DNA of 64,000 nucleotides from an uncultured Candidatus Saccharibacteria bacterium (lineage in GTDB: Bacteria > Patescibacteriota > UBA1384 > 2-12-FULL-50-11 > DASWYB01): assembly GCA_964372935.1 (NCBI GenBank), contig CAYJRF010000003.1:3903-67902 (forward strand). Direction: 5' to 3'. Within the stretch, counting starts at the first letter, position 1. Each line of letters opens with the position of its first letter. Below, piece by piece: positions 20,733 through 28,793 of the stretch. The notes under the pieces are model-generated. The model searched no databases. It was not told where the DNA came from and was given only the letters and a program-made list of their open reading frames with translations. The translations under genes and the position numbers were made by a program.

Positions 20733-21739
20733 TACACTATCCTTGGCGAACGTCGGCCAGAAATTTTGGTAAAATTCGGATTGAGAGGTCGGCCGAGACG
20801 GAAAAGGACTTGGGGTCGATACCTAGAGTCAATTTCTGCTCGGAGCCTAGGAGAGAGCGTTGGCACTTCAATTGGAGCAGCAGCGATACAGTGAGCAAAA
20901 TTATGCCTAGCCCCATCTAGAAGAACTCGCTCCATGAGACGGCCACTCCCTAACCAAGCTTCCGGGCCGTCGTACTCACTGCCAATGATTACGTGAAGCG
21001 GTGAACTAGAAAACGTTCCACGCCAATAGAGTGCTTCGGCTTCGGGATTGATGATTTCACCTAGCTTCCGATACGAAGAACGAGAGTTCGGCAACTTCTC
21101 AACTAACGCCCCTAGTGACATGCCAGTTTCAGGAGTATCAATCGGATCGATTAATTCGAATAATTCCCTGACCATCGGCTTCATTGACAATGCCAACTTG
21201 GTACCTTCGCCGACAAGTTCAGCTATCCTTAACCGAGCCTGGCTGTCAACGATTGAAAAAAGTTTTATTTCGGGTTCAGAGAATCTTTCTGCCTCATCAA
21301 GGAATGTGGAGCTCAGATCAGAAGAATAGTTACCTCTGTTGGTATGGCGTTTAGTCAAACCATCAAACAATTCTTCGAAGGGAAGTCGAGCGTTTACTGG
21401 AATGAATTTTACCGACGCTACCTTAATAGCATGGACAGTTTGGGCCATAATCTCCACTTTTCCGTCAAAACCCCAATGAGCCGCGGCCACAACAAGATTC
21501 TCAATAAAGGCGCCTAGCCCAATAAATGTTTCGCGCAGGGTTGGATCGCCCACAGCGAGTGTGTGTTCCGGATCGCGATAGAGAAACAAAGATTCACCCT
21601 TCACCTCAACAAGCCACGGTTGGGTGTTATGAGCCGAGGGAGCGAGAATTGCGTATCTAAGCCAAAATTTAATTTTCTCACTTATGTCAGCCGATACAGG
21701 AAAGTCCCGTTCGTCAATTTGCCAAACGGAAGTACTCAT
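20732..21739 (-). CDS. nitroreductase-superfamily FMN oxidoreductase (Acg-family-like / SagB-like dehydrogenase)
   Basis: 335 aa; signature APSAHNTQPW near the N-terminus; length fits double half-domain Acg-type proteins; shares a stop/start nucleotide with the methyltransferase gene. Confidence 0.7.
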   Translation of the reverse strand: MSTSVWQIDERDFPVSADISEKIKFWLRYAILAPSAHNTQPWLVEVKGESLFLYRDPEHTLAVGDPTLRETFIGLGAFIENLVVAAAHWGFDGKVEIMAQTVHAIKVASVKFIPVNARLPFEELFDGLTKRHTNRGNYSSDLSSTFLDEAERFSEPEIKLFSIVDSQARLRIAELVGEGTKLALSMKPMVRELFELIDPIDTPETGMSLGALVEKLPNSRSSYRKLGEIINPEAEALYWRGTFSSSPLHVIIGSEYDGPEAWLGSGRLMERVLLDGARHNFAHCIAAAPIEVPTLSPRLRAEIDSRYRPQVLFRLGRPLNPNFTKISGRRSPRIV

Positions 21740-21741
21740 AG

Positions 21742-22971
21742 TTAGTCCTTTCCAAAAAGGAGATCTGTACTCTCGATAAATTCCGCTTTTTGCCGAGATC
21801 GCGCTAATTTGGCCGCCTTGGTCATATACTCTGGATCAAATTCAGCATCAAAATGAATTTCGTAACGACCGGACGGCATAGATAGCCCCGCCAAAATACG
21901 TCTGGCGACGTAGGCAACCGTAGCCCCCGAAAGAGTAGCCGCCGTGCCCAACTGCGGCCAAGTAGGCAACTTTGTCCCAACTTGGGTCAAGGAAAGTTGC
22001 ATTCTGGGCACGACATCGGGGCCAACAATACGATTAGCTAATTTAACTTTCTCGGCCATTGTTGGGTTAGACGGCAAGTTGCGAAGACGATCTTCCGATA
22101 CTCGGCCATGAAACAGGAGCCGTTCGGGTTCAAGGTCAAATCGTTCAACGTCAATAATAGTGTTGTCGCCATTATCGGTTGCCATCACAACCGGGATTCT
22201 CAAAGCTCGAGCCATGAAACGCGACTCAATCTTTAATTTAATGTTGTCCATCTCTTCGATGAAGAGTTGGAGTTTTTCCCCCTTGCCTTCGCCCGAGACA
22301 AAAAATTTTTTCATGTTCGCCTCGGTCAATCCCTCGCTAAAAACCTCGAGTTCTTGGTAAGGATTCATTTCATAAACTCGACGCGCCGTCATGATTGATT
22401 TTTTTTGTGCTAAATCTGTCACTGAAGCCGAAAGTCGATTAAGGTTGGTAATCGATAACGTGTCCAAATCAGCGATACGCATTTTGCCGCCACCACCCGT
22501 GAGGATAAGCCCATTAACCACTGACGAACCAACACTTAATCCAGCTATGCCGATGCGGGACTGATAAAATTTTTCTTGCTCTTCCAATGTGATGAGAAAT
22601 TTATTGCGAGCTGTCCGTAGCTTAAAATAATCGCTTGGATCCGGGAGGTGGACCAGAGTCCAACGCCAAGGGAAATACACCCACAATCCAACCGTATCGA
22701 ACTCTCGTTCGCCAATGTAACGGTTCTTATAACGCGTTAAAGTCTGTTTGTACTCGGGACTGCCGGGAGCAACAAAAGGAAAGTCAATTTTAAACAAATC
22801 CTCGATAGCCTCGGCAAGGGAGTCAACGATTTCGTAAACTTCGTGATTTTTTCGCAGCTCAGAGACCCGCCTTCGGTCGGGTTCTTGGTCTAGGTCAAGG
22901 ATTTCCGGTTGCCATTTAGTTTCGCTTAACTTTGGATCAACACCGCTGTCCATGTTTAGCGTCTTATCCAT
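21742..22971 (-). CDS. E1-like ThiF/MoeB-family adenylyltransferase with an N-terminal extension of about 115 aa
   Basis: 409 aa; core from about residue 115: ...EEQEKFYQSRIGIAGLSVGSSVVNGLILTGGGGKMRIADLDTLSITNLNRL... and ...VMATDNGDNT...; extension of unknown fold. Confidence 0.72.
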   Translation of the reverse strand: MDKTLNMDSGVDPKLSETKWQPEILDLDQEPDRRRVSELRKNHEVYEIVDSLAEAIEDLFKIDFPFVAPGSPEYKQTLTRYKNRYIGEREFDTVGLWVYFPWRWTLVHLPDPSDYFKLRTARNKFLITLEEQEKFYQSRIGIAGLSVGSSVVNGLILTGGGGKMRIADLDTLSITNLNRLSASVTDLAQKKSIMTARRVYEMNPYQELEVFSEGLTEANMKKFFVSGEGKGEKLQLFIEEMDNIKLKIESRFMARALRIPVVMATDNGDNTIIDVERFDLEPERLLFHGRVSEDRLRNLPSNPTMAEKVKLANRIVGPDVVPRMQLSLTQVGTKLPTWPQLGTAATLSGATVAYVARRILAGLSMPSGRYEIHFDAEFDPEYMTKAAKLARSRQKAEFIESTDLLFGKD

Positions 22972-24455
22972 TTGTGTTTAATTTTAATTTCAAAATCCTC
23001 ATTACCAAACTCCATAAAGTGAATTATCGGATCCGCTCTTTCCTTAATTTCTTGGTATAGCCGATTATATTCGCTATTCTGGTCTTTTAAGTTACTAATA
23101 ATCGACTTTAGAATTCGATTTTTTATGCCCGCCAATGGAGAAACGTCTTTTTTTAACTCAATATACAGATGCAAGCTTTGCTCTTGAGTATGTTCGTCGT
23201 AGAGCGTCTTAACGATAAATTTTCCGGTGACAAAAGCGTCTGTCTTTGACTTTTCTATGCCTCTTTTGATGTTTTCGGGAAAAATATCCAAAGCGTAGAA
23301 AGTTGTTGAGACATCCATCCGATAGTACAGAGCCAAATGAGGCTGCTGGGCATAAACGAGCAGTGGCTTAGGTAATCGGCCACGCCAAGGAGAGATTAAA
23401 TCATTAAGTTCAACTGGGTTAATGACTCTGCCTCGATCTAAAATTTGATACCGGATAAGAGGCAGGGAATTATTAGCCGTAAAAATTAGGTCCTCACCGG
23501 CTTGCTCAAAATAGCGTAGCTCGGGGCGATAATGAACGAACGTCGGCAAAACTGTAGTGCCGGGGAAAAGGCTATAGAAAAGTTTCCGGTCGCGGTCCGC
23601 GATTCGACGCAACAGAATGGAAAGTGGATTTTCATGGCCAAGCAAACCAGCGTCTGCCGTGCCATAGATGCTATACAACGTTTTTTCTGGATGTCTACCT
23701 TTAATGTGTTTGATAACATAGTCACGCCAGGCCTCCGAAATAGATTCCCCAGCTACAACTATCTTAAGGTTTAGTAAATCGAAGCGAACCCGTTCTTCGA
23801 CCCCACTATCAATAACGTCCTTAACGAAGGGTGGATAGCCCATGAGTACAATCTGATCAAAGAACGGAGCAAGTACCTTAAAGATGTTGACAATCGCCGC
23901 TTTATCAATGCCTGGCGTAATCGCAACCAAACGATGTCCCTGATCGGCTAGTCCTTGTATCGCGCCGAGGGTGTAGGTTCCACCAATCCAAGTCCCCATG
24001 GCGAAAGCGATAATCACCAAGGTTTCTCTATCTTTGGTGGCGAAGCCCTGTAAAAAAATGTCCTCGTGAAGTTTTATTGACTCTGCCAGGCTTTGATTGC
24101 CACGAGGCCACAAATGCGATTGCCCGCTCGAACCAGAACTCATAGAAACAATGCGGACGCTTTCGGTACATCCGTCCCACAACATATCATCAAGAGGATA
24201 TTGTTTTAAATAATTTTCTTTCGTTACTGCTGGTAATAATCGGAAGTCTTCTGGGCTCTTAATATTTTCTGAGTTAACGCGATGCCGTTTAAGAAAATCT
24301 TTATAGGCGGGGACACGTTGAGCGGCTTCTTGAAAAGTTTTTAGGGCGTTATTGAACCCAGGCAAATCAACTGACTTCCTAGCTTCGAGCTTATTTGATT
24401 CCCTAGATTTAATCATTTTTGAACCTAAAATGAGGCGTGAAACCCCCAACAACAT
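22956..24455 (-). CDS. adenylate-forming enzyme of the PaaK / F390-synthetase / CapK family
   Basis: 499 aa; AMP-binding-like SSGSSGQSH and C-terminal ...GEDLIFTANNSLPLIRYQILDRGRV... matching the PaaK-family C-terminus; an internal Met giving a start at 24416 is equally plausible. Confidence 0.68.
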   Translation of the reverse strand: MLLGVSRLILGSKMIKSRESNKLEARKSVDLPGFNNALKTFQEAAQRVPAYKDFLKRHRVNSENIKSPEDFRLLPAVTKENYLKQYPLDDMLWDGCTESVRIVSMSSGSSGQSHLWPRGNQSLAESIKLHEDIFLQGFATKDRETLVIIAFAMGTWIGGTYTLGAIQGLADQGHRLVAITPGIDKAAIVNIFKVLAPFFDQIVLMGYPPFVKDVIDSGVEERVRFDLLNLKIVVAGESISEAWRDYVIKHIKGRHPEKTLYSIYGTADAGLLGHENPLSILLRRIADRDRKLFYSLFPGTTVLPTFVHYRPELRYFEQAGEDLIFTANNSLPLIRYQILDRGRVINPVELNDLISPWRGRLPKPLLVYAQQPHLALYYRMDVSTTFYALDIFPENIKRGIEKSKTDAFVTGKFIVKTLYDEHTQEQSLHLYIELKKDVSPLAGIKNRILKSIISNLKDQNSEYNRLYQEIKERADPIIHFMEFGNEDFEIKIKHKWIRR

Positions 24456-24490
24456 ACCAATTTAATCGGCTTCACACAACAACACTCCAT
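24425..24490 (-). CDS. candidate 21-aa Cys-rich peptide ORF (MECCCVKPIKLVCCWGFHASF), possible precursor peptide; speculative
   Basis: Reverse complement of 24425-24490 gives ATG...TAG with 5 Cys in 21 codons; ends 8 nt before the alternative start (24416) of the PaaK-like gene; no convincing SD; derived from an aca-repeat on the plus strand, so it may be chance. Confidence 0.2.
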   Translation of the reverse strand: MECCCVKPIKLVCCWGFHASF

Positions 24491-24547
24491 ATCGTTGACA
24501 GGCTAAGAGATACATTTAATCAGTCTCGTTGTCTCTTTTGATTTATT

Positions 24548-24580
24548 CAGCGATTCGGGCGCGGAACGCCCGAATCGCTG
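24548..24580. promoter_or_regulatory. perfect inverted repeat (14-bp arms, 5-nt spacer) cagcgattcgggcg-cggaa-cgcccgaatcgctg in the intergenic region upstream of the operon
   Basis: Read directly; no U-tract follows on either strand, so more likely an operator or RNA structure than a terminator. Confidence 0.4.
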
Positions 24581-24595
24581 ACAAGAAACCGCCAA

Positions 24596-24859
24596 TCACC
24601 TAAAGTGGCGGAGGGTAAGCTCGCAAGCTACCCTTACCACTGCCAGAAGCGTAAGCGGCAGCAAGATCGCCCCAAACAACAGAGCGATCCCCAGCGTTCC
24701 CTGATCGGCGCGGAACGCCAGCACCACAAGAGATATGGCGATGAGCGCCGCCAGCGCTTGGACGGCGGTATAGGCCGCCTTGATCAGGCGCGGCCCGATC
24801 AAGCGTTCCTCCTCAAACGTCCTGTCAAAAAGACAGGCGAGCCAGGTTGGCAGATTCAC
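24596..24859 (-). CDS. small hypothetical membrane protein (87 aa, 2 TM)
   Basis: Hydrophobic helices AALIAISLVVLAF and ALLFGAILLPLTLLAVV; no motif. Confidence 0.35.
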   Translation of the reverse strand: MNLPTWLACLFDRTFEEERLIGPRLIKAAYTAVQALAALIAISLVVLAFRADQGTLGIALLFGAILLPLTLLAVVRVACELTLRHFR

Positions 24860-24946
24860 TTTTCCATCCCCCCTTTCCCACGAGATACTCCCCGATTATA
24901 GTATTTATTATTCTTCAAAACAAGCTCCCGCCACCCCATGGGCGAA

Positions 24947-24975
24947 TTGACACCGAAACAAGAAAGGTATTATAT
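24947..24975 (+). promoter_or_regulatory. putative sigma70-like promoter TTGACA-17-TTATAT upstream of the receiver gene
   Basis: Followed by AAAGGAG SD and ATG at 24993. Confidence 0.35.
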
Positions 24976-24992
24976 AAAGGAAAGGAGCGCGT

Positions 24993-25379
24993 ATGGAGCA
25001 ACCACAGGGACAGTCTATCCTAATAGTCGATGATGACGATACTCTTCGAGACATGTACCAAGAATACCTTGAAGCGGCTGGGTTTAAGGTTGAAGCAGCG
25101 CGCGACGGCGAAGAAGGTTTGGAAAAAACCAAAAAAATTCGGCCGATTATTGTCTTGCTCGATCTAATGATGCCCAAAATGAACGGCATCGAAGTCCTGC
25201 GCCACTTAAAAGCCGATAAAGAGCTCAAAGAAATTCCAGTAATCGTGTTCACGGCCTTGATCCAGGATCTTGAAAAGCAGGAAAGCTTTGCCGCCGGAGC
25301 CTCCGATTATGTCGTTAAAACCGAAGTTACGCCCAAGGGAATTCTCGACCGAATTCGCCAATTCACGGCTAAGCAGTAG
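24993..25379 (+). CDS. stand-alone response-regulator receiver (CheY-like) protein
   Basis: 128 aa; LIVDDDDTL..., phospho-acceptor Asp in VLLDLMMP, conserved T and K positions; no output domain. Confidence 0.85.
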   Translation: MEQPQGQSILIVDDDDTLRDMYQEYLEAAGFKVEAARDGEEGLEKTKKIRPIIVLLDLMMPKMNGIEVLRHLKADKELKEIPVIVFTALIQDLEKQESFAAGASDYVVKTEVTPKGILDRIRQFTAKQ

Positions 25380-25450
25380 TTGGGCTCGCGCTTGGCGTTG
25401 CGTTCGAACGTACCGACTCAACTGGATGATTTAACAGGATAATATAACTC

Positions 25451-27049
25451 TTGAGCCCCCGTCGCGCCCCCGACGATATTGAGCCGTCACTTTTTCAGCT
25501 TCAACGCTCCACCGAGACGTTTTTTCCGGCATTTGATCGCCTTCATAACTGGTTGCGGATGCGCAACCGACCGTATTATCGTTGGCATATTCGGCCGTGG
25601 GCAACGGTCATTCACTGGTTGATTGTGATCGCGTTTTTATTTTTTCAGATTTTCTATGTCAGCTCGGTGTTGTTGAGCTACCCCAAGCTGGCCGCCGGTC
25701 AAGCGTCGCCGCCGCCGACAGAGACTCCCACCCCCACGCCGGAACCAACAAGCGACCCGACAGACACCCCCACCCCCACGCCGGATCCGACAAGCGACCC
25801 GACAGACACCCCCACCCCCACGCCTACTCCAACACCCACCCCAGCTCCGGCGGGGAGTACGCCAACTTCCACCCCAACGCCGCCACCCAAGTTACCGTCG
25901 GCAGTCACCCCAACCCCGGAAACCGGCACACGAGCCGCAACGCTCCGAACTGATGCAATTATTCAGCCCGCCTCTACTCCGGAGACGGCCATCAATAACC
26001 AGAACGCGCCAGAAAACGATAATAGGGGGATTATTGATCAAATTAAAACGTCCGTCGGTTTGTCGAGTTATCAAAAGTCCCGACGACAAGATTCAACCCC
26101 GAGCGGCCTTATCGAACAAGCGGCCAAGTCTACCGCCACCCGAGCCCTGGCGATCGCTGGTACCGGTTATCTCCTGATCGCCGGGCCGCAAATCCTCCAA
26201 ATCTTGGGGTCATTGCCTTCTGTCGCCCAAGTTTTGTGGTACAACTTTTTGGGTTTACTTGGGTTGCGTAAACGGATCATGCCGTGGGGCCGCGTTCTTG
26301 ATAGCATTACCGAAAAGCCGATCGCCCTGGCCACTGTTACTTTGCACGACCGAGACCACTATGGCCGTGTGGTCAACCGCTATGTTACCGACAAAACCGG
26401 ACGCTTTGCTTTCATGACCCAGCCGGGAAATTATTCCCTTTGGACACGCCGGTCCGGATACAAATTTCCGTCCCAAATTGCCATTCGCTCCTACCACGGC
26501 TGGACATTTTGGATTGGCCGAGAGGGAATGGCGGTATTCGATTTGTTTTGCGATCCGGTTGACTTAACTTCGCCTATTCGGCGCTACCTGCGACAATTCG
26601 CGAACGTTTTTGCCATATTACAAATTCCTCTTCTCGTCGCCGGCACGGTTGCGACAATATTTTATTACTCCCTCAACCCAAGTCTGGTGGCAATACTTTT
26701 CCTGATGCTCTACAGTGTCATGTGGTTTCAGGAGTGGACAAGGTGGCATCAAGGAAGGCACGTGTTGCGGATCGCCGACAACGCCAATGTCCCAATGTCG
26801 TTCGCGATCGTGCGATTTGTCAACACCAGAACCAATCAGACGGTACTGACACGCGCCACCGACACCAACGGTGAAATATATGTTCTTATTCCACCGGGCG
26901 AATATACCCTCAATATTACAAACCCTCATTCCGGCACCACCATTACCCGCCAAGCCAAATTACCGAGTGGTATTTTCCCAAACAGCGTCACTTATCGTTT
27001 TAGCGATCCGACGGTTTTAGAGCCAGCAAAAATACGTCTGTCGGTATAG
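25451..27049 (+). CDS. membrane protein with Pro/Thr-rich low-complexity linker and two carboxypeptidase-regulatory-like (transthyretin-fold) domains
   Basis: 532 aa; N-terminal TM, PTPTPEPTSDPTDTPTPTP repeats, then GRVLDSITEKPIALATVTLHD...TDKTGRFAF and a second similar module, plus extra TM helices. Confidence 0.55.
   Translation: MSPRRAPDDIEPSLFQLQRSTETFFPAFDRLHNWLRMRNRPYYRWHIRPWATVIHWLIVIAFLFFQIFYVSSVLLSYPKLAAGQASPPPTETPTPTPEPTSDPTDTPTPTPDPTSDPTDTPTPTPTPTPTPAPAGSTPTSTPTPPPKLPSAVTPTPETGTRAATLRTDAIIQPASTPETAINNQNAPENDNRGIIDQIKTSVGLSSYQKSRRQDSTPSGLIEQAAKSTATRALAIAGTGYLLIAGPQILQILGSLPSVAQVLWYNFLGLLGLRKRIMPWGRVLDSITEKPIALATVTLHDRDHYGRVVNRYVTDKTGRFAFMTQPGNYSLWTRRSGYKFPSQIAIRSYHGWTFWIGREGMAVFDLFCDPVDLTSPIRRYLRQFANVFAILQIPLLVAGTVATIFYYSLNPSLVAILFLMLYSVMWFQEWTRWHQGRHVLRIADNANVPMSFAIVRFVNTRTNQTVLTRATDTNGEIYVLIPPGEYTLNITNPHSGTTITRQAKLPSGIFPNSVTYRFSDPTVLEPAKIRLSV
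25739..25822 (+). repeat. 42-bp tandem duplication (2 copies, 39/42 identical) encoding the PEPTSDPTDTPTPT / PDPTSDPTDTPTPT repeats
   Basis: Unit ccggaaccaacaagcgacccgacagacacccccacccccacg followed directly by ccggatccgacaagcgacccgacagacacccccacccccacg. Confidence 0.8.
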
Positions 27050-28757
27050 ACACTCGTCCAAACTGCTTCATTCGTCGCTTGCCTTCTTTCTGTTTTTCCA
27101 GAAGCTTTCTTTTACGAGAAAAATCTCCACCGTATAGTTTAGCCGTTACATCCTTGCGAAGCGCTGGTATATCCTCTCTCCCGATTATTTTGCCGTCCAC
27201 CACCGCCTGAAGACTGACCTCAAACATTTGACGGGGAATAAGTTGTTTCAGGCGCTTGACTAAGGCCCGTCCCTTAGTTTCGGCTTGTTTGGCGGGCACG
27301 AGCTGGCTGAAGGGTTTGGCAATCTCTCCAGCGATTACCACGGTCAACTCAACCATGCTGCCTGCCCGATATTCCAAAAATGTGTACGCAAAGGTGGCAT
27401 AACCGCCAGAAAGACTTTTAAGCCGATCGTTAAAGTCAATAATAATGTCGGCCAACGGGAGCTCGCAGTGTAGAATAACCGTGCTGTCTTGGCCACCGGC
27501 TTTACTGCCCGGCTCCAGATAATCAAACGCTCGGAATATGCCGCGCGATTGCTCAATCAACGCCATCATCGAACCAACATGCCTCTGGGGCGTAACGATT
27601 TCTCCCATAACCCAAGGTTCCCGATACCCATCTTTGGCGGTGCCTTGTATGGCCACGACGGGAGTGGTAACGATCAGGTCGAGACCGTATTCACGCTCCA
27701 GCCTCGCCTTGGTAATTTCTAAGTGAAGCAGGCCTAAAAATCCCATCCGGAACCCGGCGCCAAATGCTTCGGAGACATACGGGTCGAAGGCTAAGGCGGC
27801 ATCGTTGGCCGCCAGTTTTTCCAGAGCTACGCGCAATACCGCCATGTCGCCGTCAGCGCGAAAAAACGAAGCATAAATCATCGGCTGGGGTTGACTGTAC
27901 CCAGCCAGCGGTGTCTCTGCCGAGTCGGACAGTAAGGTGACGGTGTCGCCAACCCGACAATCAGCGACGCGCTTAAATCCGGTGACGACATAGCCAATAT
28001 CGCCGGCGCTAAGTTCGCCCACGGGTCTCTGCCCCGGCGACAGAACGCCGACTTCCTCGGCAACGAACCGTTGGCCGCTGGCCATAGCGATAGCCGCGTC
28101 ACCGGACCGAAGCCGACCCTCCATAATCCTCACATATACCACCACTCCCCGATACGGATTATAAATCGAATCAAATACCAAGGCGCGTAATGGCTGGTCA
28201 GTTAATTCTGGCGGCGAGGGAACGTCGGAGATTATCCGTCTGATGATTTCCGCCACTCCCGCGCCGGTTCTTCCAGACGCCAGGATTACGCTGGCCGGAT
28301 CACAAGCAACTAGAGTTGCCAGTTCCTGCCGGGCGCGATCCGGCTCGGCCGTCGGCAGATCAATCTTATTCACCACTGGAATGATTGTCAGGTCGCGCTC
28401 CCGCGCGAGAGAGAGATTGGCCATTGTCTGGGCTTGGACGCCGCTCACCGCGTCAACCAGCAGAACCGCTCCTTCGACCGCCGCTAACGAACGCGAGACC
28501 TCATAGGCAAAATCAACGTGTCCGGGTGTATCAATTAAATTCAGTTCGTAGGTCAAGCCGTCCTGCCGATAGATCATGTGGACCGGTTGAAGCTTTATAG
28601 TAATGCCCCTTTCCCGTTCCAGCTCCATCGAATCAAGCATCTGATCGCGAATTTTATCCTTTGCCACTGTGCCAGTCAACTCTATAAAACGGTCCGCGAG
28701 CGTTGACTTGCCGTGATCAATGTGGGCGATGATACAGTAGTTTCTAACTAAACTCAT
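27000..28757 (-). CDS. lepA: translation elongation factor 4 (LepA)
   Basis: 585 aa; NYCIIAHIDHGKSTL, DTPGHVDF G-domain motifs and LepA C-terminal domain. Confidence 0.95.
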   Translation of the reverse strand: MSLVRNYCIIAHIDHGKSTLADRFIELTGTVAKDKIRDQMLDSMELERERGITIKLQPVHMIYRQDGLTYELNLIDTPGHVDFAYEVSRSLAAVEGAVLLVDAVSGVQAQTMANLSLARERDLTIIPVVNKIDLPTAEPDRARQELATLVACDPASVILASGRTGAGVAEIIRRIISDVPSPPELTDQPLRALVFDSIYNPYRGVVVYVRIMEGRLRSGDAAIAMASGQRFVAEEVGVLSPGQRPVGELSAGDIGYVVTGFKRVADCRVGDTVTLLSDSAETPLAGYSQPQPMIYASFFRADGDMAVLRVALEKLAANDAALAFDPYVSEAFGAGFRMGFLGLLHLEITKARLEREYGLDLIVTTPVVAIQGTAKDGYREPWVMGEIVTPQRHVGSMMALIEQSRGIFRAFDYLEPGSKAGGQDSTVILHCELPLADIIIDFNDRLKSLSGGYATFAYTFLEYRAGSMVELTVVIAGEIAKPFSQLVPAKQAETKGRALVKRLKQLIPRQMFEVSLQAVVDGKIIGREDIPALRKDVTAKLYGGDFSRKRKLLEKQKEGKRRMKQFGRVSIPTDVFLLALKPSDR

Positions 28758-28793
28758 ATATACGGCGCTGGCGTTGACTGCAGTGAGTGGCGA

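Noticed and set aside
25699-25929. 76-aa GVGV-repeat ORF
   Set aside because: Reverse-strand reading of the PT-repeat DNA; a low-complexity artefact.
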